This document shows, piece after piece, positions 53,465 through 64,000 of a stretch of 64,000 nucleotides of DNA (position 1 is the first letter of the stretch; every line of letters starts with the position of its first letter). The notes below the pieces were generated by a model. It had not been told where the DNA came from. It worked only from the letters and a program-made list of their open reading frames with translations, and made no database searches. Origin of the DNA: Catajapyx aquilonaris (Eukaryota); the NCBI GenBank assembly GCA_000934665.2, contig JYFJ02001519.1:1-64000 (forward strand). Direction: 5' to 3'. The position numbers were made by a program, and so were the translations under genes.

Positions 53465-54631
53465 CACTCGTCAACAAAATGGAACTTTTTGTTCTCATCA
53501 TAAATAAAAATACTTTTTTCTGGATACACTTTGCACGCGGATTCCAAATATCTATTTAGTTTTTCTCTATCACGTACAGATTTTGAGATAAAGGCCCCCC
53601 TATATTTTGCAAATTTGAGGGATATATAAGGTATTTGCCTAAGGTTGTGTTGTATGAATTTGCATCTCCCACCCTTTTAGTATGTTTGATCCTCACATCT
53701 AAGTCAGTATTCACATATCCAATGTTTTATTCACTACAAGTATCACAACATTTGCTCAAAATCGCTGCGAATATGACTTTCTTTTAAAGACTTTGTCCGG
53801 GTTATCACGATAGAGCATCCAGCAGTAATTTCCCATCATTCTTTCGTTCCAAAGCCCTTGATAGTGGTTTTCCATAAGTTGGATGTCTTGTTCATTACTC
53901 ACTGCACCCAGATTTTCTGGGAAAAATCCAGATGGGAATGTAAAAAGTGCATCTTCAAAGACATGCGACATCCCTTTTTTTTGATATGAATCGAGCAGCT
54001 CTTGAATGCCTGCTTCATATCCAGATGACTTGTGATTACCAAGAAAGTTAGCACAAACCCAGGTAAAAGCTTGCCAAGCTTCCTTTTCTTTGTCTGTGAG
54101 AGAATTTTTGAAATTCGTATCTCGCAAAAACTCTCTAATTTGAGGTCCGACAAAAATTCATTCTTCAACTTTGCTGCACTGATTTTTTGGAAATTCTTCC
54201 ACCATATATTGAAATCCAGCTGAATTAGATTTTCCCATTGCTTTCACAAAGTTCTGTATCAAACCAAGTTTGATATGTAGAGGTGGTAAAAAAATCTTTT
54301 GCGGATCGACCACATGAATATTTGCGACACTATTTCTTCCTGACTCATACTCGTTCCTTTGGTCCCAATCTCGTTTTACATAATGTTCTCTTACAGCACG
54401 GCTGTCCCACAAACACAAGAAACATCAGAATTTTGTGAAATTCATTTGCATGCCCATCAGCATACCAATCACTGTTAGATCACCACAGATATTCCATAAT
54501 ACACATAATGCATGTCATCTCAAAAACTAGACGTGCTACAAAAAAACTGAGCACAGATTTGAAATCAGCGCAAAAAACTGATTCTGGGCCACCCAAAATC
54601 GAGTCTGATGAGAAATTGTTGTTGACCAGTG
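53465..54631 (-). mobile_element. Internally deleted Chapaev3-type (CMC superfamily) DNA transposon, 1167 bp
   Basis: TAA-CACTCGTCAACAA...TTGTTGACCAGTG-TAA: CAC termini and a 3-bp TWA TSD. Transposase remnants lie inside. Confidence 0.88.
53756..54497 (-). pseudogene. Disrupted Chapaev3-type transposase, C-terminal half only
   Basis: Fragments across frames: WNICGDLTVIGMLMGMQMNFTKF*CFLCLWDSRA, LPPLHIKLGLIQNFVKAM, LSDLKL, EKEAWQAF...NFLGNHKS, GCRMSLKMHFLHSHLDF, FPENLGAVSNE-QDIQLME, YQGLWNERMMGNYCWML. It contains an in-frame stop, frameshifts and deletions. Confidence 0.88.
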
Positions 54632-57600
54632 TAATTATAGTAGGATAAAGGCTGGAAGATGGGAAACCTTTGGTCTATCACAACTGAATAGGTCAGCGGG
54701 TGACGCGACGGAGTAAAACAAATTAGCAGTCTATTATTGCTCAAGTGTGTTGATGTTGACATAAATTGTGCAAGCGCCGTGTGACATAGTATCCAGTACT
54801 CCTCGCAAATTATTATGAATGTACGAGCTCATATACGTATATACGTTTTGACTTTAGTGAAAGGCGGAAATTTTTATCGATAGAGGACATGCTGTAGTAC
54901 ATAAATATCAAAATATCAAGCTATACCTTTTTATTTGTACAGACGACAGAGCAAACGTTTGGAAGGCTTCACAGTGAATGAAACCATTGAAATATCTTTA
55001 AAAATATATCACTATAGCCTACTTTTTGTGAAATCTAGGTAATGCTCTCTCTGGAGGTTATGCTGTAATACTGTATTCCTGCTGGACGTTGGGTCGAAGG
55101 GCATAGTTGAATTTTCAAACTGTCATATTCCAACATGCAGAACTCGTATACTCCATCTGGAAACGCTTTTAACGAGAAAAGTGTCCATATAAAATGCTGT
55201 TTAAAATGTGACATGTATCCGTGCTGTTCCATTTACTGATGCTTCGGTGCTCAACAGAGCGAGTATAATTTCATTCTTCGTCTGTACGCTGTAAAGCTAT
55301 GCGTATACCCACGAATGCGATGTGCAACAGTAGGAGTCTATAGGAGACATTCTAAATGTACTGTACCAAAATATGAAGACGTGAGTACTTCAGTTCAAGT
55401 GAATATACAAAGTAATCATTCAACCACAAACTTCAACAATGCTTACTCAGAGTACCGTACATTAAGTGAAGTTTCAAATACCGTATCGATCATGAATACC
55501 TTGACTGTGATTAATTGACCAAGTACTGCGGATGGCAGCCTTTCATTACACTCGCGACTTCTTACTAACTGCAGGGTTTAACAATTAATCCTCCGGTACT
55601 TGACACTTATTCTAGACTATCACGAAACATCAAACTGACCACATTTTTTGGTGCCATATACACGCAACTATAGCCATGCAGTCTCATTTTGCATGTAGCC
55701 TGCAACAAGATGACGGAGCTCATTTTTGAGCGAGTTAGTGGAGATGACGCTTCTATAGTACATACTGTGCCAATCATTTATCTGCATGCCCTGTCACACA
55801 GAAATGGCCCAATAAAATTATCGTCCGCGAGATGATGAGCTTAGAATCTTGTTCCGTCGGATTTGGGTTGCGATGGGATTACACTGTATAACATCGGAAA
55901 TGTGATTGAGATTATGGGATTGGGGTTAGATTGTGCTTACATTATACGGGGGGTTGAATGATGCAAATAATTATTTATGCATGTCATCGACTATGGATGT
56001 CTTCCTAATCCCATTTACCGACGTGTCTTTTGACGACTATCTCTTTCGGAGGAATGGACGAGTTCAAAGTGCGTGGCGGAATGTTTTACGATGCGGGTTA
56101 TATGCTGTATATCGGACTGAATCGATGAGCATTCCGCCAGAGGGTGAGGAGTGTAAAAGAATATTGAGGACTGTAAGAGGAAGGTAATGGGAATTAGGGG
56201 GCTCAATACTATGAAACAGTTGGTGACCATGACCTATTGACCTCAGATCCTTGAACATACACACTCACACGGTTGTATACATATGCAGCAGGACGTTCCA
56301 ATTAAAATGCCCATAACCATTAGAACATTACATTCCACGATATTAAGTATGCCAGGCTTTTCTATACCCCACTTTAAAGTACAGTACCCTACTTTGAATC
56401 CTATATCCTCATTCTTATTCCTTGAATAATGTCGCAGAGAGATGAAGGGAAGGAGTGACAAAAGGAAGATGTAACTTAACTTGATCGCAAGCCTTCAGCA
56501 GCGAAATGATGCAGGATCAGTGGAAAGATTCATTTTTCTTTCCTTCTGAGGCGTCATAAGAACGGAATAAATTCTACTCTCGTGTCATACCGTACCCCTT
56601 GCGGATTGTGAAGAATTGATTGTGGAGCTTCATATTTGGCAACCTGAGCACGTCAGAACCTGCTGTACAGTTCAGAGGAATAAATGGATTCGCCGAGGTT
56701 CAGTACACTCGTTAAAAATGACCCGTCGCTTGTAATGTCTACAGAAAATATGCTATTATTCAATCGATTTCATACGGGCCTGTTTATCACCAGCAGGTTC
56801 GTTTCGAGGCGAGATTTTCATTGGTGCTGACAATTTTGAAACAACAGCATGCAAAAGGTTACATCACATGAATTGCGTAATGTGTCTTTTGGGTTTAAAA
56901 AATACAAGGTGTCGGCTTTCCCAGCTTTGAAATCATATCAGCTTACTACCTTTTAAGAGCCATTGAACTAACATAATTTACAAATTGCCTGTGGCACCAT
57001 TTGTATAACAGGAGTCGTCTTATGCAACACGATACCCATACACCTGAAAGTTGTTTCATAATTTAATAGGTAACATGAGCCCCACGAAAATAGTACGAGC
57101 AGATTTTATTATTCCATATAATGTCAGGTGGTTGATTATTCAGAGAAGAGTTGATTCATTAGTCACCTCTGACGATGCTGTAAACAAAGTGCGAAAAGGT
57201 AAAGGATAAAGCAAAGTGGGAACCAGAGTTCTAATGCCTACCAGGCATGACTAATCCATCAACTCTCCTCCGTCGCCCTTTTTCGGATTGTCAACTAGGG
57301 CAGAGAAACACTAATGGTGACAGGAACATGAATGAACTTTCGCCGCCACCTTTATTTCCGGCTGGAAGCTGTGCAATGTATCCTGAAAGCTCAGGTTCAA
57401 AGTCCATTTTTTGACCTATAATGACCATTATTTGGTTAACAATTTACGAGTTTTTTTTGGTTCGACGGCAACTCGAGTTTGATGGCCAGGTTGGAGATTT
57501 TTACTGCGCCCAATTTGTGGGGTAATTGATCCCCTTTGTGGAGTCCCTAAGCGGTTATTGTGATCCAAGGTACTAAATTTCGTATGTAATTTACTAGCTG

Positions 57601-59375
57601 GAACACAGGATGAGTCCATGATTGATTGGGAAAGGTCAAAGTTACTCTCTATGATCCACAATTATATTTTTCTGTGACTATATCATCCCACTGAATTTAC
57701 AGTACAGCTGTTTGGGATTCAGGACATACAATGTGCAGAGTCGAAATGCGATTCTGTTTTGAATGCCATGGAGGGTGACAATTACGGCTGGATAAATCAG
57801 TATCAAAGAACAAAGTGATTCGGACTAACATAATTTTGCGTACAACTAGATGATATTGTATGTTGTGGTGTTGTGCATTTCAGTGGCATATTGGCTCTTC
57901 ACAGTGATTAATGTGGATAAGTAAGTTTTGATATAATTATTTATGTGATGTGTGCTAGTGGCCATGCTAAAATAATGCAAATTATACCTCAAGGTTGTTG
58001 TTTTGAAAATACTGTTTGGTTTACGCTTTGTTGGCAAATCCGCTATTCTAAACAGGGTTCCTGAGGCGTGTGATGTGTGGGTGCAGGTAAACATCTGGCA
58101 CAATGTATCTGAGACCAGGGTACGGAATATCCTCCTGTTTATGTAAGTTATACCTGCAGGGAAGGAAATTGCATGAAAGTGTAAGAGAAGTAATATACTG
58201 ACCGTCATGTGCGCGTCATAACAGGTCATAACCCTCAACTTCTGTAATAAGTGTTTCATGCCAAGTATATTCATGTCCATTGCGCTGAACTAATTCCAAG
58301 CTGCTCGAAAATTATTCTCATTGTTTCTTGTTGTTTTAATTAAAGTTTTCGTCGCTCATAGTTGTATCAAAACTTCCGAATATATTCTTGCTTCTGCTCA
58401 CGTCAGCAGTTTTATTCTTTTCCATTATTCAAGGCGCCGTCTATAATTAGATCTGTAATTGCCTAAGTTGCCAGCTGCATTACAAGTCAAGCAAACCATC
58501 ATGCTGTGGGTAATTAGACTGACTAATTTTGGCTACTTGGACTTGTACTTGGAGCACCTCGAGGAAATGCAGGAAATTCCGAATAGTACTGTATAATTGG
58601 GTGTACGAATGCAAACTATACAATAGTTGTGCCCTGAGAAAAATTCAAAGTTTCAGTTTGAATTTGACGTGATGCACACTGCTAACTAACGCTAGTAGCA
58701 GAAGTACACTTGGGTCGTGCTGTATGATATACTGTAACTAAAAGTAGCTTTACTGCCTGGAGTTCATGAATTAATATGTACGCCATATCCCTATGGATGA
58801 CGAATTATTATGGGCAGGCTCCGTACTTCTAAAAGGGCCAACTTGCAATGCACGGATGACTCGAGCTAATTATATTATCTCATCAAGAAGTAGACGTCTA
58901 TTAGTACCGGCAGGGACCTAACTGTCTGACACTTTGCGAGTATGCTGGTCCTGGAGTCACATTTGCACGTAGACCCAAAAGTTTCTGGTATCACGTCAAG
59001 TCTGCTTATATGTTGAGATGTAGGGCTCATGCGAGTAGAATATAAATGCTGCTATTAGTTACAGGCAATAAGCTAAGTGCTCCTCCGTGTCTGCTGCAGC
59101 ACTGACTGTACCTGCATACAGACATGACGTGATGATGTTACAGCTAAACTTGAGCCTAGATTTGTACCCGTTTGAGGATACAGCTCCTGGAGGAATATGT
59201 TTCCAGTCCCTGGAAATAACACCAAGAAAGTAGCTAACAGTTATGTTCATTGATCCAATTCCTAAGCAAATCTTGTTGAAGGTGTCCCTGCAACACTCAT
59301 TAGCCATTGACGCACTCATCAGTTGTTAAACCATTATTTTATTCGAGCACATGACTCCAAGCATACAGAGCTGCA

Positions 59376-60041
59376 CTAGTGAAACAAAAACGCGTGCTGA
59401 TCCAACATATGGTGATCCTCATCATCATGCTCCTTGTTGATCTTCCTCCTGGAGCCGTGAGGCTCGTCCTGGATTCGCTTATCAATGGCCTCGTCAAATG
59501 GTCCATGCCGAGGGCGTTGCTTCAGGCCAGCGATGATGACCCCTGGTCTCCGGTCGATGATCTCAGGACCGACCTTGTCCGGCATGGAGCCATGAACCTC
59601 CACCAGCTCCATGGTTGTGTCTGGCCCCTGCTGACCCTCGCGAATTCGCTGGGGAGCTCGGTAGTGGAAGTCCCCCATGTCTGGCTGCTTGTCCTTCTGG
59701 AATCCAGGTGAGGTATGCACTGTTTTCTCGGACGGTGTTTTGGGTATCGGCAGAGGAGCGTCCTCGAACTCGTGTATGATCGAGGATGGACCGAAACTCT
59801 GGTGTCGGTGGTCAGATTTTGGGTCTTGATCCACTTGCTCTTGGGTGTAGACGTGGCGTGGAGCCGGGGTGGGGTCAGGAATTGGGGTGGTCACTGCGTT
59901 GGAGTCAGTCAGGTCGTCTGTCAGCATTGCATCTGGGGGAAGAAAAATGGTGTGTAATTATGGCTGTAAATTGACTTGGGCAGATATACCTTGAAAAGTT
60001 GCTGCCAGTAGGAGACTGAGGAGCACTACGTAAGGAGACAT
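59376..60041 (-). CDS. Secreted 202-aa low-complexity (Pro/Asp/His-rich) protein, 2 exons
   Basis: Exon 60041-59990 encodes a signal-peptide-like MSPYVVLLSLLLAATFQ. A 57-nt phase-1 intron follows (G|gtatat...ttcccccag|AT). Exon 59932-59376 ends ...EHDDEDHHMLDQHAFLFH*. AATAAA on the - strand at about 59338-59343. Confidence 0.8.
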
Positions 60042-62376
60042 CCTGCCGATGTTTGGTGGAAGAATGGTTCGGATGGAGGACGACGCTGGTTCTTTATAGA
60101 GAGGACACGAAATCCAGTTCGAGCCAGGTTTCACGTTCTGCGAAATGGGACAGTTCGCGGAATGGGACATTGTGTTGTGGTGCGAATTCTGGTGCCAAGA
60201 AGTGCTTGCCTCTCTGGACTGTTTCTATTGTCTGTGATCCTGGAAGCCGTCCCGTCGTCGCGTCGCCGCATTTTTGAAAACAATATTCCTGCGGTCGTAT
60301 CGCTGGACCATTATCGTTGCTAGGTAGCCTTTAAGGACGACTAAGTTATAATTAGTTGATTCATGCGCATCACATTCTAATCTGGACTGGCCGGGATCCA
60401 CAATGTATAAGGATATCTAATTACCTTGTTGTCATTAAGCTTCTTTAGCAATTCTGCATAGGCCTACTGTATACGGTTGTCTTCCAACGAAATGAACAAA
60501 TTTGCGTTCTCACTGATATTTTAGGCCTATTTTGTTTCATCTGGTTGTATGATGGCCTTTGATTCGGAGACCCTGATGAAAGCCACAAACAGCATTGGAT
60601 GAATGCTATCTATAGACTGTTTGTACTTCGTCATATAGCCTACGTGCACTTGAATCGATTGGGTTTCCACACAAAACCACACATACCTATGTGGAACTGA
60701 GAACTAAGGGAGAGAAAACATCCGCGCTCCCTATTGTCTCTGTAACAAATTAGATTGTGAGGGTGCTTGTCTATATAGCTGCTGATGCCTAGATGGGACT
60801 TGACCCATTTCTACCTTTTAAAAAAATGGGAACTATTCTACCAAAACGACATGTTCCTTCAGCTTGATTTCGAAAATGAAATGATGGGTCTCTGCTGATT
60901 ATAAAATTATTAATTATATGAAAGTATTAAAATTGGACTCTTCTTTTAAATAATAACACTGATCTTCACAGGTTGCATTGCTGTACAAGACAAAATTTTG
61001 TCTTTTTGTTTAATTTCTTAAGAATTTATGAGAAAAGTCAACCATTTTTGTTATTGACCATCCCCCTTTAAAAATCTGGGCTTATATATACGCCAGCAGA
61101 TTCCTTTCCCCGGCTTCCACTTTTCTCTCTGATATCTGCCACGCCGCTCAGTGAATGCCTCTTTTTGGCCTCCCAGCAACGCTGTTAGCGGTGTACGAGG
61201 TATTATGAACGAGCCTTACAGAAAGGCTCTTTCACTATAGTTTCACACCCACCTAAACTCAAGCAACAAGCAGTAATAAAAGAGGTCCCCAACTATGCTC
61301 CAATTTGAGGAATCATATAGGAAGCTCCTAAAGTATCCACCTTGCTGAAATAGCGTGTAGGTAAACAACTGAAGACCTGTGCAGTTACATCCGGTCCTAA
61401 TTACGTACTTTGCTGCAGCCTATAGAAATGTGTGATCCAATAAAGATGTTACATTCAGCATTTTCGACAAAATATTTCCTGCTGGTAGCGCGTACCACAG
61501 GCAACTATGAATCTCTCTCTTGAAAATCGATCCGGTTTTTCATGCATGTTGTCGACTCATTATTTCCTAGCTGTATGATCTATTGTTGTCCATCACGGTC
61601 GTGGAGACACAATCTGTTATAGATTCCCCCGAGTGTGACACTGTACCTATTATGCTGATTTTGTAGGCGGAGTGTGCATATATACCTCTCACGTGCAGTT
61701 TACCTGCAGCTTTAATATCATGGGGGCGTATACGTACCGAGCACCAAATGTAAAGCGGAGTAATGAGTTGTTAAAATAGTTTTATCTCTCGAGTGGCTCT
61801 CGGGGAGGGATTTAAACGGCTGCCTTAGATTACGCAGCGTTTAAGCTGAACTTTATACAAAATGAAGAAAGACAATTTGCAAGTAGGTTCAAATTAGACT
61901 GTAATCCTATGCAAAGGAAAGCAATATTATTTTGAGTTGGAAGCGTGCGAAGAATAATAAGTACGGATTATGCCCCGAGAGATTATTAAGTAATTATCAC
62001 AGTACCGTAGGAATGGGATTAAGTTTTCTGAAAAGGTTCACTTTGCTGAGATTCTGATGCACACTCTGTATACAGGTTGGTCAAATAAGAAAGGAGCATT
62101 GTTTGTAATAATTCTGCTCAGCTCTTACTCTTATTTATTACTATTATATTTTTTATTTGTTACTCTTATGTAATGGTTTTTAGGTTACTCATTGCTATAT
62201 TAGGCGACCCGGTATTTTTAAATATCATTAAAAAGCGACTTAATAAGATCCTTACATTTTATTCGATGTCGTAAGACCTGCGTGTTTCATCCACATGAAT
62301 ACATCAATTGACTTTCATTCCCGTTGTAAAACATCGACACATCATAAGATGCACGAAACCAAGCAGTAGACCCCCA

Positions 62377-63590
62377 CTACTTTGGTTGATTAGATACAAA
62401 CAATTTCGTCGTGTTGGTAACCTTCTCAGTTTTGGACTGTACATCATACGAGGTGTCCAAAAAAGCGAACGGCTCCTCTTCTTTGTCGTCCTTAACGAAA
62501 CCTCCACTGACATCCTCCGAATTGGCTTCCATCAGAGCCTCCGGATCGAAATCGACCGAATGAAGAAGCTGCTTGACCGTCTTCCCCAGTGAAAACGGCT
62601 CTTTGACTGCATCTGCTGCGCTGATGTCGAACTGTGCTGGGAGTCGCACAGCCTCGACGCTGCCTTCGTACTCCTCTTCACTCAGATACTTCGGGGCGTC
62701 CATCTCGAAGTACTCAGGCTCCTTTATGGCTTCCACGCTGAGCAAAAACGACTCAGGCTTTCTGATTGCTTCTTTGACGAAGGAATCGGGCGCTGTTATC
62801 GGCTCAGGTTCCATGTCATTGTCTTCAAATGAATCGGAGTAGGCGTAGGGACCTCTGGCTGTTTCCATGCTTGGTGCGTACATGACAGCCTCCATGCTGG
62901 GCATGTAACCGTGGTCGTCATTTGTGCTGTACATACTGGGAGATCTGGTGTCGTATGCGTAGTGTGAGTTGAATTCACGGTTTGCTTCCATTGACAGTTC
63001 GGCCGAGTGTGAGTCCTTCCTGTTTTCCATGCTGGCATCGAAAGAAGCAGGCTCTCTTACAGCATCTTGTCTGGATGCTTTGGTTGGTGGGATTCGCAGG
63101 TTGTATCCTGGTTTCTCTATGGGCTTTGTCGGAATTCTTAGGTCCATTGTGGGTGGTTCCCTGACAGATTCTGTCGATTGGTTGTCATCTTCGGCCCAAT
63201 GTTCCTCTTCCTTCATCTCCTCCATGCTGGGCTCCTCTTCTTTCACCTCCTCCATGCTGGGTTCATCCTCACGTAGGTTCGACTGAGGGTACTTGTAGTT
63301 GCGTGTTGGAGTCTCCTGCACCGCCTCGATGCTGTGGGAATACCGCCCCATGAGTCCTTGTTCGTCGCTGTTGTGAGAGGCTGACTCTTCTCTGATGAAC
63401 TCCATGCTGTAGGCATATGGGTCTTCCAGAAGTTGCTCCATGCTGGGATATGATCCGTCGAATTTGGGTTGGTGGTTGTCGTCTTTTCTCGGAGCTGGCA
63501 GGCGCATCTCTCGGATTTGGGCCATTTCGAGTCCGTCTGGATACTCTGATCCTTCCTGTATTTCCTCCAGGGTTGAGGTCGATGGGGCAC
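62377..63590 (-). CDS. Terminal exon (404 codons including the stop) of an acidic, repeat-rich, probably secreted protein with many S-x-E motifs; first exon probably beyond the right edge
   Basis: A phase-1 acceptor ttgatttccag|GT GCC CCA opens the frame 21 full codons upstream of the ORF-track Met. The protein is Glu/Asp/Ser/Pro/Met-rich, with a 30-nt tandem unit EPSMEEVKEE/EPSMEEMKEE. AATAAA on the - strand at about 62258-62263. Confidence 0.82.
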
Positions 63591-64000
63591 CTGGAAATCA
63601 ACGGGAGGATGTGTACATATTTTTCAGTATATAAGCAAACTCCTGTAGATGAATTTCTGAATATCCTATAGTGAATTTTTTATGTGTCATTTGGTCACCG
63701 ACTCGTCAGTAAGATAATCAGTATTAATCAAAGTTTCCACAATGCCACACTGGTGCACCTTAGATACTTCTAAGCCTTATTGTAAGTTTGTTTGAATCTT
63801 CCTGTAACACCCTGTACATTCTACGATTAAAAAAAAACACTTATAGGTCATATTTAGAGAAGCTGCATTTCCTGTGCAAATAACTGCTGGAGTTGACATG
63901 CGACGCAATAAAAATAATAAATTGAACTTGAGAGTGAGAAGTTGTTGGTGCCAATGCATAACTTTTCAGGGCCTTCAAATAAAATGTTTTTCTTTACCAT

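Noticed and set aside
59379..59957. Hydrophobic + strand ORFs resembling membrane proteins
   Set aside because: They are antisense shadows of the hydrophilic - strand exon.
62573..63671. Ser-rich + strand and alternative-frame ORFs
   Set aside because: They are shadows of the acidic-protein exon.
1..64000. CRISPR arrays, rRNA, prokaryotic operons, conserved arthropod miRNAs
   Set aside because: There are no regularly spaced repeat-spacer units or rRNA motifs. A by-eye scan for common miRNA mature sequences found none, although it was not exhaustive.

Overview
This is eukaryotic genomic DNA, metazoan and probably arthropod. It is AT-rich, has GT-AG introns as short as about 57-90 nt, and carries microsatellites and many DNA-transposon derivatives. 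I found no rRNA, intact tRNA, CRISPR array or operon. Six protein-coding genes can be assembled by hand. (1) An unknown multi-exon gene on the - strand that runs off the left edge. (2) A roughly 507-aa LRR/RNI-like protein on + with an intron-free CDS and a possible BC-box/Cul2-box N-terminus. (3) A 3-exon, 498-aa protein on - with a disordered N-terminus and an unidentified beta-rich C-terminal domain. (4) A 9-exon, 411-aa class B1 (secretin-family) peptide GPCR on - spanning 18320-42094, with no evident signal peptide; the ORF track misses most of it. (5) A 202-aa secreted low-complexity protein. (6) The large terminal exon of an acidic protein with 16 S-x-E motifs, whose first exon is probably outside the window. 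Mobile DNA includes a defective Chapaev3-type transposon with TIRs and a TAA TSD, a TTAA-flanked Kolobok-like element, several TA-flanked MITEs, and a fold-back element together with its precise hairpin-deleted derivative. There is also a locally templated insertion with a 10-bp target duplication. All gene models and family names come from manual reading and motif recall; no database searches were run.
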